A stretch of 64,000 bases of DNA from an uncultured Acidibacter sp. (GCA_964533305.1 CAZHLL010000001.1:6401-70400); one strand, 5' to 3'; numbered from the stretch's first letter, positions 1-10,158 are shown. Program-made: numbers and translations. Notes: generated by a model from the letters alone, not told the origin.

Positions 1-460
1 CCCACCCTACCTGTGGGGCATACACATCACCATCCGGCAACAGATACCAGCTTAAATCTTTGGTACGCGGGCGGGAAAACTCTCCGGCCAGTGAGACCGA
101 GGCCTCGCCCAGCGGTTTGCTGTTATCGGGATCCCCCCACTGGGCGACAAAGTTGTCCTGCACCCGGTTGATCGACAATCCGTCAAACCAACCACCATTG
201 ACCAAGGTCAGGATATTGTTGACATGCTCGGGAGCAAAGATAGGTGCCAGCTCGATGATGATACGACCGGCCTCGAGCTGCATGATGAGCAGATCTTCGG
301 CACGCGGCTGGCGCCAATCGGCATCCACGGTTTGTGCCATCACCTGCATGGTCGTGAGCGGCTTTGGGACCGGTGCCGGACCTTCTGCACGTGCCAAAGC
401 TGCTACCAGGAGACCAGCGACGAGACCCAACCAGGCTGTGCGAGCAGATATGAGTTTCAT
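1..460 (-). CDS. Exported cyclophilin-type peptidylprolyl isomerase (3' end lies outside the window)
   Basis: My own minus-strand translation from the ATG at 460-458 gives MKLISARTAWLGLVAGLLVAALARAEG (signal peptide) ... IIIELAPIFAPEHVNNILTLVNGGWFDGLSINRVQDNFVAQWGDP. The frame stays open to the window edge, so it is absent from the ORF track. The + strand ORFs 60-527 and 224-508 are its shadows. Confidence 0.7.
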   Translation of the reverse strand, partial: MKLISARTAWLGLVAGLLVAALARAEGPAPVPKPLTTMQVMAQTVDADWRQPRAEDLLIMQLEAGRIIIELAPIFAPEHVNNILTLVNGGWFDGLSINRVQDNFVAQWGDPDNSKPLGEASVSLAGEFSRPRTKDLSWYLLPDGDVYAPQVGW

Positions 461-523
461 AAGTTCGATTCTAGAGCCGATGTGCTGTTTTGGCTTACCT
501 CAGTCTGATCTAGAATCCGCATC

Positions 524-829
524 GTGAGCATTGATGAACGCCGAAAGAAACTCGCGGGCACCCTGCACTCATCGCTGGCATCGGGCAAACCCGCAATCAT
601 TCGTGTCAGTCGGGCCACCCAAGGCCGCGGCGGCAAGGGTGTATCCGTGATCAGCGGGTTGCCACTTGGTCTCACCCAACTTGAGCAACTCGCCAAGGAA
701 CTCAAGCAGCGCTGCGGTTCGGGCGGTCGGGTGGTGGATGGTCAGATCGAGATTCAGGGCGAACACCGTGATACTTTGGTTGCCGAGCTCGAACGACGCG
801 GCTATGCCGCAAAACGCGCGGGTGGTTAA
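524..829 (+). CDS. yciH: SUI1/YciH-family translation initiation factor
   Basis: 101 aa with a GTG start. RGGKGVSVISGL...ELKQRCGSGGRVVDGQIEIQGEHRDTLVAELERRGYAAKRAGG aligns along its length with E. coli YciH. Confidence 0.9.
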   Translation: MSIDERRKKLAGTLHSSLASGKPAIIRVSRATQGRGGKGVSVISGLPLGLTQLEQLAKELKQRCGSGGRVVDGQIEIQGEHRDTLVAELERRGYAAKRAGG

Positions 830-840
830 CGCGAGCGTGG

Positions 841-2661
841 TTAAAACGAGCGCCCCGACGCGGCAGCGAGTGCCTCAAGTTCCGCCCAACGCTCCCACGT
901 AGCGGCAATCGCGAGATCCACTTGCTGCAGGTTCTGCAGAGTCTCGCGTACGTGCTGTTCGGGTTGAGAGTAGAACGTGGGTAGCATGATCTTTGCCTCG
1001 AGTTCGGCTTTGCTGCTCTCCAGAGATTCCAATTTTTGGGGCAAGCCCTCGAACTCGCGCTGCTCCTTGTAACTCATCCGCGGAGGACGTGGTCGCTCGG
1101 TGACACCTCGATGGGTCACCGGCTTGGATGGATGCTGATTACTGGATCTCTCTTTAGCCTCCCGCGATTTCCAGGCACGCCAGTCGGACCACCCGCCGAC
1201 GAAGTCCTGAATCTTGCCTTGCCCTTCAAGCACCAAGAGACTGCTGACGACGCGGTCGAGAAACGTACGATCATGGCTGACGAGCAGCAGACTACCGCTG
1301 AAATCCGCGATTTTTTCCTCGAGTAACTCGAGCGTCTCGATATCCAGGTCATTGGTAGGCTCATCCAATACCAAGAGATTGGCCGGACGGGCAAAGATAC
1401 GCGCCAACAACAAGCGATTACGCTCACCGCCTGATAGTGCCGACGCAGGTGTCCGGAATTGCTCTGGACGAAACAGGAAATCCCGCAACCAACTGGACAC
1501 GTGCCGTCTTGCAGCACCATCACCAATGAATTCGTTGCCGTCATTGACGTTATCGAACACGCTGGAATCGAGATCCAGTTGCTCGCGCTGCTGATCATAG
1601 TAGGCGATCTGCAATGTACTCGCGCGCTGCACTGATCCTGCATCTGGCTCAAGCTCGCCCAACAACAGCTTGAGCAGCGAGCTTTTGCCGAAACCATTGG
1701 GCCCGACGATGCCGATACGATCACCGCGCTGCATACGCAGACTGAAGTCGCGAACGATATCGCGATCACCACGCTTTAGACTCACCCCCTCAAGCTCGAA
1801 TAGGAGCTTGCCGGAACGATCGGCCTCGAAGAGCTCGATCTTTGCTGGCCCCGATCTCACCCGCCGCTGACGACGCTCCTCGCGCATCTGCTCAAGGGCG
1901 CGTACTCGTCCCTCGTTACGGGTTCGGCGTGCCTCCACACCTTTTCTGATCCAAACTTCCTCGGCAGACCACTTGCGATCAAACTCAGCATTTTCTTTGG
2001 CTTCATTGGCTAACAACAGGGCTTTTCGTCGCTGATATTCATCATAGTTGCCCGGCCATTGCGTCAAACGACCGCGATCAAGCTCTGCAATACGGGTAGC
2101 GAGACGATTGACGAAATAGCGATCATGGCTGACAAAAAGCAAGGCGCCCCTGAAATCCAGCATCACGTTCTCGAGCCACTCGATCGCCTCGATATCAAGA
2201 TGGTTGGTCGGCTCATCTAGCAGTAGCACATCCGGCTCACAAGCCAGCGCGCGTGCCAACAGCACGCGTCGGCGCCAGCCCCCCGATAAAGAGTCAAAGA
2301 CCCAACTCGGATCAAGTTTCAGCTTCGAAAGTAGCGCATCTACACGATGCTGCGGAATGACCAGCGAATCATCCGCACCGGGTTCGGCATTGACCGCCGA
2401 AAAAATGACCTCACCCACCGTCTTGGCCGAAGAATCATCCAGATCTTGGACCAACATCGCAAGCCGAGCACCTGGCCTCACCCAGCGCTGGCCCTCGTCG
2501 GCGGCTGTGATCCCTGCGGCCACCCTGAGGAGCGAGGATTTTCCCTCACCATTACGACCGACAATACACACCCGCTCGCGCTCGCCCACCAGCAAGGAGG
2601 CCTTTTCGAGCAGAGGCTTGGCGCCATACGCCAAAGAAATCTCATCAAGCCTCAACAGCAC
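841..2661 (-). CDS. uup: ABC-F family ATPase Uup
   Basis: 606 aa with two ABC cassettes (GRNGEGKSS / GPNGFGKSS, LSGGWRRR / LSGGERNR). The linker AEFDRKWSAEEVWIRKGVEARRTRNEGRVRAL and the C-terminal coiled coil are collinear with E. coli Uup. Confidence 0.9.
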   Translation of the reverse strand: MLLRLDEISLAYGAKPLLEKASLLVGERERVCIVGRNGEGKSSLLRVAAGITAADEGQRWVRPGARLAMLVQDLDDSSAKTVGEVIFSAVNAEPGADDSLVIPQHRVDALLSKLKLDPSWVFDSLSGGWRRRVLLARALACEPDVLLLDEPTNHLDIEAIEWLENVMLDFRGALLFVSHDRYFVNRLATRIAELDRGRLTQWPGNYDEYQRRKALLLANEAKENAEFDRKWSAEEVWIRKGVEARRTRNEGRVRALEQMREERRQRRVRSGPAKIELFEADRSGKLLFELEGVSLKRGDRDIVRDFSLRMQRGDRIGIVGPNGFGKSSLLKLLLGELEPDAGSVQRASTLQIAYYDQQREQLDLDSSVFDNVNDGNEFIGDGAARRHVSSWLRDFLFRPEQFRTPASALSGGERNRLLLARIFARPANLLVLDEPTNDLDIETLELLEEKIADFSGSLLLVSHDRTFLDRVVSSLLVLEGQGKIQDFVGGWSDWRAWKSREAKERSSNQHPSKPVTHRGVTERPRPPRMSYKEQREFEGLPQKLESLESSKAELEAKIMLPTFYSQPEQHVRETLQNLQQVDLAIAATWERWAELEALAAASGRSF

Positions 2662-3522
2662 TCAGCTATCCTTGTCGTCGGGCATCACACCCCGTTGCCG
2701 AAACCAATCGCAACAGGACTCAAAGGCGCTGCTCGCATCCGCGGCGCGATAGGACGGACGATAGTCGGCATAAAAGCCATGTCCGGCATCGGGGTAGACG
2801 ATGATTCGTGATTCACGAGCCGCCTCCGAGACGGTCTCGGCACTCAAGGCCTGCCGCATGGACTCCACAGAGTCCAATGGAATACCGCGATCAAGCCCGC
2901 CATACAATCCGAGTACGGGCGCTCGCAACTGCGCTGCGATCTCGACGGGATGGCGTGGCTGCAAATCATTGCTTGTACCGAGTAAGCGACCATACCAAGC
3001 CACGCCGGCACGTACGGCAGGATTGTGGGCCGCATGCAACCAGGTGATGCGACCACCCCAACAAAATCCCGTGATGCCAATCGCATCGGTGCCACCCTGC
3101 TGCTGCGCCCAGGCAATTGTGGCGTCAATATCTTGCATGACTTGCGAGTCGGGTACTTTGGCGACGATGCTCTGCATCAATTCGCTCATATCCGACACGC
3201 GTGTGGGATCGCCCTGGCGGACAAAATATTCACTGGCAATCGCGAAGACCCCTCGTCGGGCAAAACGCCGGCATACGTCACGGATATGTTCATGTACACC
3301 GAATATTTCCTGGATCACGATGACGACGGGCCATCTTTTTCCAGCACGGGGTCTCGCCCAGTACGCGGGTAATTGAACGCCGGCTGCTGGAATGCTGGCC
3401 ACGCCATCGACCAGACCCTCGAGGGGCGTCGTCAAGGTGGTGGCACTGATCGGCAGGACTGCAGCCGCAAAACCCGAAGCGAGCGAACCTTTGACAAAGC
3501 GTCGGCGATCCATTTCTTTCAT
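2662..3522 (-). CDS. Dienelactone hydrolase family protein with a Tat signal
   Basis: 286 aa. The N-terminus MKEMDRRRFVKGSLASGFAAAVLPISA is a twin-arginine signal. The body has the DLH pattern (VVIVIQEIFGVHEHIRDVCRRFA, GFCWGG nucleophile elbow, YPDAGHGF). Confidence 0.85.
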   Translation of the reverse strand: MKEMDRRRFVKGSLASGFAAAVLPISATTLTTPLEGLVDGVASIPAAGVQLPAYWARPRAGKRWPVVIVIQEIFGVHEHIRDVCRRFARRGVFAIASEYFVRQGDPTRVSDMSELMQSIVAKVPDSQVMQDIDATIAWAQQQGGTDAIGITGFCWGGRITWLHAAHNPAVRAGVAWYGRLLGTSNDLQPRHPVEIAAQLRAPVLGLYGGLDRGIPLDSVESMRQALSAETVSEAARESRIIVYPDAGHGFYADYRPSYRAADASSAFESCCDWFRQRGVMPDDKDS

Positions 3523-3541
3523 GACGGCGAGACCCCTGCGA

Positions 3542-4207
3542 TCAAGGAGAACTTGTCAAAGAAATATGCACTTCATTGCGGCGCATGAACCACGGCATGA
3601 AGGGTGCATCATAGCGGGCAATGATCGCCGGCACCGTATCGGCAACCGGGAGCGCGCGAGCACGCAGTGCATCACGCAGCAAGCGCTCATGCTCGAGGAA
3701 GTTATTCTCTGTCCAACGACCGCTGTAACGCCACACCGCCACACGCCGCGGCTCGACAGCCCGAATCCTGATGCGCGAATCAAGCGGTTTAGGTACGGTC
3801 TCAAGGCTGTACTTGCGCGGCACAATGAACCCCACACGGTAGAGATTCCCCGACTTGACCTGCTCGACGGGCGCCGTCATGGCGATGCGCTCACCACTCG
3901 TATCGACCTGCTCCACAGGCGCGGTCATCGCAATACGCGTTTCGCTGACGTTGGCGCCACTGATGTAGCGAAATAGACGACCAAAGGCCACGTTGCCTGC
4001 ATTCATGAAGCCCGATTCCACCTCGGTCTCGGCAATAAGATAGGCGGAGTACTCACGCAATTCGAATGCACCATCCGATTCGAGGACTCGATACTCGGGC
4101 ACTTCGATCGCCATCGCGGTCACCCCTGCGCCGCCCAGCAGTAGGGCACATAACAGACTCGTGATTCCCAACCGTCGCCGACGGCAAGCGAAGTGCCGAT
4201 TCGTCAT
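3542..4207 (-). CDS. SOUL heme-binding family protein, exported
   Basis: SOUL-like EVPEYRVLESDGAFELREYSAYLIAETEV and a duplicated IAMTAPVEQV motif. I moved the start to M22 (MTNRHFACRRRRLGITSLLCALLLGGAGVTAMA signal) because the longer ORF (to 4270) overlaps the thiolase gene. Confidence 0.75.
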   Translation of the reverse strand: MTNRHFACRRRRLGITSLLCALLLGGAGVTAMAIEVPEYRVLESDGAFELREYSAYLIAETEVESGFMNAGNVAFGRLFRYISGANVSETRIAMTAPVEQVDTSGERIAMTAPVEQVKSGNLYRVGFIVPRKYSLETVPKPLDSRIRIRAVEPRRVAVWRYSGRWTENNFLEHERLLRDALRARALPVADTVPAIIARYDAPFMPWFMRRNEVHISLTSSP

Positions 4208-4221
4208 GACCGATCGAGCCG

Positions 4222-5418
4222 TCACGGAATCTCGAAGAGCGCAGCCGCACCCATGCCACCACCAATGCACATCGTCGTCACGACCCGCTTTGCACCGAGA
4301 CGCTTGCCAGCCAGTAAAGCATGACCCACCAATCTTTGGCCGCTCATGCCGTACGGATGCCCGACAGCGATCGCACCACCGTCCACATTCAAACGCTCAT
4401 CGGGCAAACCCAAGCGATCACGACAATAAAGCACCTGTACTGCAAACGCTTCGTTGAGCTCCCAAAGATCAATCTGTTCGACTTTAAGACCTGCACGCTG
4501 CAGCAGCTTGGGGATGGCATACACAGGGCCTATGCCCATTTCGTCCGGCTCGCAGCCCGCCACGGCAAACCCCCGGAATATCCCGAGGGGAGCGAGACCC
4601 AGACGGTCTGCTTCGGCAGCGCTCATCACCACACAGGCTCCTGCACCGTCCGAGAATTGGCTGGCATTACCCGCCGCCACCGAGCCACCTCGTGTCGCGG
4701 ATTTGATTTTGGCGATGGCCTCAACCGTGGTCCCCTCACGCAAACCTTCGTCACGCGCGACCGTGACCTCGCGTGTGTAAAGTCGACCACCCGCTGACTG
4801 ATCGACACCCGCCATTCGCACGGTAATGGGGGCGATCTCCTCCTTGAAATGACCCGCTGCATCGGCTGCACAGGCCCGTTGCTGACTGCGGGCTCCGTAC
4901 TCGTCCTGTCGCTCGCGGGAGATCGCGTAGCGCTGCGCGACGGTTTCTGCCGTCTGTAGCATGCTGTGATAAATGGCTGGCTTGTTTTCTTTGAGCCATG
5001 AATCCATGGCCATGTGCATGTTGACCTCGAGTTGTACGCAGGAGATCGACTCAAGGCCACCTGCCACATATACACTGCCCTCGCCCGCCATGATCCGTTG
5101 CGCCGCCAAGGCGATACTTTGCAGTCCCGACGAGCAGAAACGGTTGACGGTCATACCCGCCACCTCGACCGGCAGACCTGCCCGCAAAGCGACCTGTCGA
5201 GCGATATTGTTGCCGGTCGTACCCTCCGGCAAAGCGCAACCCATGATCACATCTTCAATCAAGCTGGGCTCGATGCCAGCCCGATCAACAGCCGCTTTGA
5301 CTGCGTGTGCACCAAGGGTGGCACCGTGCGTCATATTGAATGAACCCCGCCAACTTTTGGCGAGCGGCGTACGTGCCGTGGATACGATCACGGCCTGCTC
5401 GATAGCCCGGCTGCTCAT
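4222..5418 (-). CDS. Acetyl-CoA C-acyltransferase (3-ketoacyl-CoA thiolase)
   Basis: 398 aa with thiolase motifs: [11 protein letters not shown] (active-site Cys), [32 protein letters not shown]. It overlaps the upstream fadB-like gene by 4 nt. Confidence 0.92.
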   Translation of the reverse strand: MSSRAIEQAVIVSTARTPLAKSWRGSFNMTHGATLGAHAVKAAVDRAGIEPSLIEDVIMGCALPEGTTGNNIARQVALRAGLPVEVAGMTVNRFCSSGLQSIALAAQRIMAGEGSVYVAGGLESISCVQLEVNMHMAMDSWLKENKPAIYHSMLQTAETVAQRYAISRERQDEYGARSQQRACAADAAGHFKEEIAPITVRMAGVDQSAGGRLYTREVTVARDEGLREGTTVEAIAKIKSATRGGSVAAGNASQFSDGAGACVVMSAAEADRLGLAPLGIFRGFAVAGCEPDEMGIGPVYAIPKLLQRAGLKVEQIDLWELNEAFAVQVLYCRDRLGLPDERLNVDGGAIAVGHPYGMSGQRLVGHALLAGKRLGAKRVVTTMCIGGGMGAAALFEIP

Positions 5419-7526
5419 GCTGCACCTCCGTCAAACCCCTGACCGCTTTGCGCGCAACGCTGCAGCAAGGGCGCAGGTTCCCAGAACGCACGATCTGCAC
5501 CCGGCAAGTGGGCAAATTCGCGCATGCGCCGCACTACCTCGTACAACGAACGGGACTCCGCATAGTGCATGGGCCCACCGCGCCATATCGGGAAGCCGTA
5601 ACCAGTCAAATAAACGAGATCGATGTCCGAAGCTCTTTGTGCAACGCCCTCGTGCAGAATGCGCGCACCCTCGTTTACCAAAGAAAACACTAAACGGTCG
5701 ACAATCTCCGTATCGGTGAGCACCCGAATCGTTGATCCGCTCTGTTGACGCTGCTCAACGATCAACTTTTCGACCATGTCAGAGACGTAAGCCTGCCGAT
5801 CACCCGGCCGGTAGTCGTACCAACCGGCGCCTGTTTTCTGACCAAATCGCCCAAGCTCGCACAAACGGTCGGCGATGATGGAGGTGCGCGCGAGTTTGCC
5901 CTCGGCCAATTGCCGTTTGCGGATATGCCAACCGATATCGTTCCCCGCCAAGTCGCTCATGCGAAACGGCCCCATGGCGAAACCGAACTTCTCGATGGCC
6001 GCATCGATTTGCTGCGGGCTCGCCCCCTCCTCCAGCATGGCCAGCGCCTGAGCGGAATACTGATTGATCATGCGATTGCCAATGAAGCCGTCGCAAACAC
6101 CCGACACCACCGCTGTTTTGCGTATTTTTTTGGCGAGCGCCATGGCTGTAGCTAATACTGCCAAGTTGGTTTTCCTGCCGCGCACCACTTCCAGCAGCTT
6201 CATGACATTGGCCGGACTGAAAAAGTGCAAACCGATGACATCCTCCGGCCGACGGGTCGTCGCTGCGATCGCATCCACATCGAGGGTCGAAGTATTGGTG
6301 GCAAGGATGGCGCCCTCACGCACATGCGCGTCGAGCTCAGCAAATACTTGTTTTTTGACGCCCATATCCTCAAAGACGGCTTCAATCACCAAATCGACAT
6401 CGGAAATTTGGGCATAACCGAGCACTGGCACGAGCAACGCCGCTTGCGCCTTGGCTTTATCCGCAATGAGCTTGCCTTTTTTGACTCGGCTTTCAAAGTA
6501 ATCACGGATTCGGTCGACCCCTCGATCAAGTGCCTCCTGATTGAGCTCCAGCAAGCGTGTTTCGATGCCGGCAGTGAGGAAGTTGATCGCGATTCCGGTG
6601 CCCATGGTACCGGCACCGATGATAGCGACCTTCTTGATCTCTTTGGGCTTCACATCAGCCGATAAATCTTTGACTTTCGATGCAGCACGATCCGCGAAGA
6701 AAATGTGGCGCAATGCAGCAGAAACCGGATCGATCAGCAACTGCCTGAACAAGCGATTCTCTTCGGCGAGACCCGAGTCGAAATCATGCAGTGCACCATA
6801 TTGCACGGCATCGATGATGGCCGGCGGCGCCGGATAGGCCTTGAAGGCGGTTTTAGCTGTATTGCGTGCAAACTGGCACAACGCCTCAAGATCGCGCTCT
6901 TTGACTCGGCGATCGCGCGCCCGGGGCAGCGGCTTGCCGGCTGTATGCTCGGCCGCGGACTGGCGCGCGACCTCAAAGGCGGTCTCCAGCAACTCGGTAT
7001 CCACCACTCGATCGAGCAAAGGAGTATTGGCAAACATGGTAGCGGGCAACGGCTCGCCCGAGAGCATGACGTTGAGGGCATTTTCCACCCCGATCAGGCG
7101 GGGTAATCGTTGAGTGCCACCGGCGCCGGGAAGCAAACCGAGTTTGACTTCGGGCAAGCCGAGCTTGGTCTTGCTCAGGGCGACGCGATGGTGGCAACTC
7201 ATGGCAAGCTCCAGTCCGCCACCGAGCGCAACGCCTGCGATGGCTGCAACCACGGGTTTACCCAAGTCTTCGATGGTGGAGTTCAGGGTGGAGAGACCGG
7301 GGCCACGTACCATGGCCGGCGTGCCGAATTCTTTGATGTCGGCGCCGGCGCAAAAAGTATCGTTGCTCCCGATCAGCACCACGGCATCCACGTCCGTATC
7401 CGATTTGGCGCGCTCCAGTGCAGCGACCAAGGCTACGCGCAAATCAAAACTTAAACTGTTGACTGGCGGTGAAGCAAAAGCAATCACGGCAATTCGGTCA
7501 CGAATCGAGTAGTCCAATGAAATCAT
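5415..7526 (-). CDS. Multifunctional enoyl-CoA hydratase / 3-hydroxyacyl-CoA dehydrogenase (FadB/FadN-like)
   Basis: N-terminal crotonase fold ([21 protein letters not shown]) followed by an NAD-binding HCDH domain ([14 protein letters not shown]). The track starts at GTG 7535. I prefer ATG 7526 (MISLDYS), which is preceded by AAGGTG. Confidence 0.9.
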   Translation of the reverse strand: MISLDYSIRDRIAVIAFASPPVNSLSFDLRVALVAALERAKSDTDVDAVVLIGSNDTFCAGADIKEFGTPAMVRGPGLSTLNSTIEDLGKPVVAAIAGVALGGGLELAMSCHHRVALSKTKLGLPEVKLGLLPGAGGTQRLPRLIGVENALNVMLSGEPLPATMFANTPLLDRVVDTELLETAFEVARQSAAEHTAGKPLPRARDRRVKERDLEALCQFARNTAKTAFKAYPAPPAIIDAVQYGALHDFDSGLAEENRLFRQLLIDPVSAALRHIFFADRAASKVKDLSADVKPKEIKKVAIIGAGTMGTGIAINFLTAGIETRLLELNQEALDRGVDRIRDYFESRVKKGKLIADKAKAQAALLVPVLGYAQISDVDLVIEAVFEDMGVKKQVFAELDAHVREGAILATNTSTLDVDAIAATTRRPEDVIGLHFFSPANVMKLLEVVRGRKTNLAVLATAMALAKKIRKTAVVSGVCDGFIGNRMINQYSAQALAMLEEGASPQQIDAAIEKFGFAMGPFRMSDLAGNDIGWHIRKRQLAEGKLARTSIIADRLCELGRFGQKTGAGWYDYRPGDRQAYVSDMVEKLIVEQRQQSGSTIRVLTDTEIVDRLVFSLVNEGARILHEGVAQRASDIDLVYLTGYGFPIWRGGPMHYAESRSLYEVVRRMREFAHLPGADRAFWEPAPLLQRCAQSGQGFDGGAA

Positions 7527-7567
7527 GGTCTGCACCTTATGGTTTGCACCTATTGGTCTGCATCTTG
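7526..7567. repeat. Three tandem 14-bp direct repeats in the fadB-like translation-initiation region
   Basis: On the + strand: TGGTCTGCACCTTA / TGGTTTGCACCTAT / TGGTCTGCATCTTG. On the coding (minus) strand each unit reads (A/G)TGCA(G/A)ACCA preceded by a purine-rich stretch. Confidence 0.8.
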
Positions 7568-7607
7568 TTGTGGATAGCGGTCGGGATGACGAGCGGATTA
7601 CGTCGCC

Positions 7608-8192
7608 TCAGCGATTCTGCAGGCCACCCGTGAGCACGATACGCATGGCCTGCTCGACCGAAAGATCGGTCGGTTGCAGTCGGTCACGCGGCAAATAAAG
7701 GGTATAGCCGCCGATCTGGTAACTCATCGGCAGATACACGGCGACCAACGTAGGGTCCTCGGGCATGCCGGGCAAACCCGCAGACTCCTGCGTCACAAAA
7801 CCGATGACACGACCCGGACCGACATCGACCAGCACCACCCGCTGCAGCTCACCGCCGCCATCCCCGACCCGCACAAGGCTCGTCAGATCGCGAATGGCAC
7901 CGTATACAGTTTTGAGTACGGGCACACGCAACAACCACCGCTCACCAAAATCGATCAGACGACGAACGAGATAGGCATTGACCAACAGGCCGATTACGAG
8001 CAACACCAAAACGCCAGCAATTAAGCCCATGCCTGGATAGTAGTAGCGCTCGGAGACCAGCCACATAAGCGGCGTCGACAGCAGGTTTTCCGTGGTCACG
8101 CCGAGCCAATACGCAAAGTAGACCGTCAAGCTGATGGGCAGGATGGTCAACAGACCCTTCAGCAAGGTGCTGCTCAATTGTTTCATCGGCAA
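7608..8192 (-). CDS. DUF502 family membrane protein
   Basis: 194 aa. LKGLLTILPISLTVYFAYWL, two transmembrane segments, then VPVLKTVYGAIRDL, which is typical of DUF502. Confidence 0.75.
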   Translation of the reverse strand: MPMKQLSSTLLKGLLTILPISLTVYFAYWLGVTTENLLSTPLMWLVSERYYYPGMGLIAGVLVLLVIGLLVNAYLVRRLIDFGERWLLRVPVLKTVYGAIRDLTSLVRVGDGGGELQRVVLVDVGPGRVIGFVTQESAGLPGMPEDPTLVAVYLPMSYQIGGYTLYLPRDRLQPTDLSVEQAMRIVLTGGLQNR

Positions 8193-8260
8193 AGCCCCGA
8201 TCAGGGAAATGGGGCTCGAGTATACCGACGCCGACGCTAGCGGATGAGGCGAGACACCCC

Positions 8261-8662
8261 TTAGCGTGGCCGGTGGATCAGTCGACCACTGATGCGGGCT
8301 CTGGGCGTCACCCGAATCTCGGCGTAGGTCACATCGGCCACGAGCTGCGCACCGGTGTGCACTTCGAGCTCGCGACAGCTCGCGGAACCCGAGAAATGAC
8401 CTTTGACGACCAGAGAATCACAGACAACATTGCCGTCACAACGCCCGGTTGGCCCGATGATCAGTCGAGCCGTTCTGATGTCACCCGTGAAATGCCCATC
8501 GAGATCGAACTGGCCATCAAAATGAATGGCGCCCTCAGCGGAAAACCCCTGCCCAAAATAGGCAGGCCGACCCCGCGCCGGTGCCGGTGGCGCCGGAAGT
8601 GTGTCGTGATCGATGACGGGCGCCGGATCGGCGGGGGCCTCGCGGCGTTTACCGAACATCAA
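8261..8662 (-). CDS. Bactofilin (type A, copy 1)
   Basis: 133 aa: MMFGKRREAP..., then beta-helix repeats FDGQFDLDGHFTGDIRTARLIIGPTGRCDGNVVCDSLVVKGHFSGSASCRELEVHTGAQLVADVTYAEIRV. Confidence 0.85.
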   Translation of the reverse strand: MMFGKRREAPADPAPVIDHDTLPAPPAPARGRPAYFGQGFSAEGAIHFDGQFDLDGHFTGDIRTARLIIGPTGRCDGNVVCDSLVVKGHFSGSASCRELEVHTGAQLVADVTYAEIRVTPRARISGRLIHRPR

Positions 8663-8668
8663 GACGCC

Positions 8669-9076
8669 TCAAACGGATGGGGGTTGATCAACGTCATCAG
8701 CCAAATCTGCGGCGATGGACGGTATCGGCGGTTCCGGTGGAGTTGCTTCACAGACCATTTCACCTTGAACGATACCGCCGCGCTCGATATCGATCGATCG
8801 ATACACGATCTTGCCCTCCAGACGCCCCGTCGAGCGCAAGGTCACATGCTCCGCGGCTTCAAGGCGCTGCCCCATGACGCCGCGAATATCCGCCTTGGCG
8901 ACTTTGGCGCTGCCCGTGACGCAGCCTGACGCCCCAACGAAAAGTTCGCGCGCTTCGATGGTGCCATCGACCACCCCATCCACAAAAATAGCCCCGGGCA
9001 GCGAGATATCGCCCGAAATCCTGACCCCTTCGCCCACGAACAGGCAGCCTTTGGTTTCCTTGGTGTTGTCGATCAT
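8669..9076 (-). CDS. Bactofilin (type B, copy 1)
   Basis: 135 aa: KGCLFVGEGVRISGDISLPGAIFVDGVVDGTIEARELFVGASGCVTGSAKVAKADIRGVMGQRLEAAEHVTLRSTGRLEGKIVYRSIDIERGGIVQGEM, with a Pro-rich tail. Confidence 0.85.
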   Translation of the reverse strand: MIDNTKETKGCLFVGEGVRISGDISLPGAIFVDGVVDGTIEARELFVGASGCVTGSAKVAKADIRGVMGQRLEAAEHVTLRSTGRLEGKIVYRSIDIERGGIVQGEMVCEATPPEPPIPSIAADLADDVDQPPSV

Positions 9077-9103
9077 GGCCCGATCCGCCCCCGATTTGCT
9101 TTA

Positions 9104-9129
9104 CGATAATTATGAATGTCGGATTATCG
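9104..9129. promoter_or_regulatory. 7-bp inverted repeat in the divergent B1/C1 bactofilin intergenic region
   Basis: CGATAAT-N12-ATTATCG, in the most AT-rich part of the 134-bp spacer between divergent genes. Confidence 0.3.
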
Positions 9130-9210
9130 TCGCGGTGGGAGCTGCCCATCACCGGTCAACGCGGTTAGACTGATCCGCAGTGGAACGGTCAAACGAGGGG
9201 TGAAACCGCC

Positions 9211-9675
9211 ATGTTTCGACGTGACAAGAAAGGCAAAAATTGCTCGCTGGCAACGCTGATCGGTGCTGGCACCCTTGTCGATGGCAACCTCACCTATTCG
9301 GGGGGAATCCACATTGATGGCACCGTTCTCGGTGATCTCGCCCCTGAAAACCCTGACCAAACCTCACAAGTCTGGATCGGCGAAAAGGGCATCGTCAAAG
9401 GGTCCGTGCGCGGCACCGACGTGATCGTACACGGCTCCGTAGACGGCGATATCTTTGCCAACCAAAGCGTTACGATTGGCGCCAAGGCCCGAGTAGCGGG
9501 CGATGTATGTTATTCGGAGCTGAGCGTGGATGGCTGCAGCTCCGTCACGGGACGATTCATCCCCAATCGACTACTGGAAGACACCGTCGGCGAACTAGAA
9601 ACCGACCGCAATGCCAACAAGTCAGTGAAACGCTATCAGGATATGGTGCAAATGCTGCGCCGGCCCCGTGGCTGA
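9211..9675 (+). CDS. Bactofilin (type C, copy 1)
   Basis: 154 aa: MFRRDKKGKN..., TLIGAGTLVDGNLTYSGGIHIDGTVLGDL ... IGEKGIVKGSVRGTDVIVHGSVDGDIFANQSVTIGAKARVAGDVCYSELSVDGCSSVTGRF. Confidence 0.85.
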   Translation: MFRRDKKGKNCSLATLIGAGTLVDGNLTYSGGIHIDGTVLGDLAPENPDQTSQVWIGEKGIVKGSVRGTDVIVHGSVDGDIFANQSVTIGAKARVAGDVCYSELSVDGCSSVTGRFIPNRLLEDTVGELETDRNANKSVKRYQDMVQMLRRPRG

Positions 9676-9711
9676 TCTTTGATGCCTGTCAGCAGCTAGC
9701 CAACCACTACG

Positions 9712-10158
9712 TCAATCCACAGGCTGGTGGCTGAGCCTTCCACGAATGTGCGAATCGGCGGCGACGCGAATGCGATCGTAAGTGATGTCGGCCACAATCA
9801 CCGCGCCTGTGGCCACTTCCAACTCTTCGCACACGGCCTTGCCGTTAAACCGCCCTCGCACCACCAAGGTCTTGCAGCGCAAATCCGCTTCGCAATCGCC
9901 GCTCTTGCCAATGGTCAAACTTTTGACCGACATCGTTCCTTTGAAACGGCCGTCCAATTGCAGGGGCCCATCAAAGCGAATGGAGCCTTCGCATTCGAAG
10001 CCCTCCGAAATCACGCCGAGCCGATTACGTGAGGACTCCTCGTTGGGGAGCGTGGATTTACGACTCAGGTCGTTCATGACAGGGGACTCCGAAGACTGAC
10101 GCGAAGACTCGGACTGACTAGGCTCGCTGGACGCATCGTTCCTGCGTTTACCGAACAT
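9712..10158 (-). CDS. Bactofilin (type A, copy 2)
   Basis: 148 aa: MFGKRRNDAS, a Ser/Glu-rich linker, then FDGPLQLDGRFKGTMSVKSLTIGKSGDCEADLRCKTLVVRGRFNGKAVCEELEVATGAVIVADITYDRIRV. Collinear with 8261-8662. Confidence 0.85.
   Translation of the reverse strand: MFGKRRNDASSEPSQSESSRQSSESPVMNDLSRKSTLPNEESSRNRLGVISEGFECEGSIRFDGPLQLDGRFKGTMSVKSLTIGKSGDCEADLRCKTLVVRGRFNGKAVCEELEVATGAVIVADITYDRIRVAADSHIRGRLSHQPVD

Noticed and set aside
7537-7563. A possible 8-codon upstream ORF (ATG CAG ACC AAT AGG TGC AAA CCA TAA) in the fadB-like leader, with its stop inside the Shine-Dalgarno sequence.
   Set aside because: It is created by the 14-bp repeat itself, has no RBS of its own, and I have no evidence it is transcribed or translated. 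I kept only the repeat as an observation.
8273-8929. A 218-aa + strand ORF running across two bactofilin genes.
   Set aside because: It crosses the A1/B1 intergenic gap antisense to both genes. Its composition (Arg/Gly/Asp-rich) mirrors the beta-helix repeats on the other strand.
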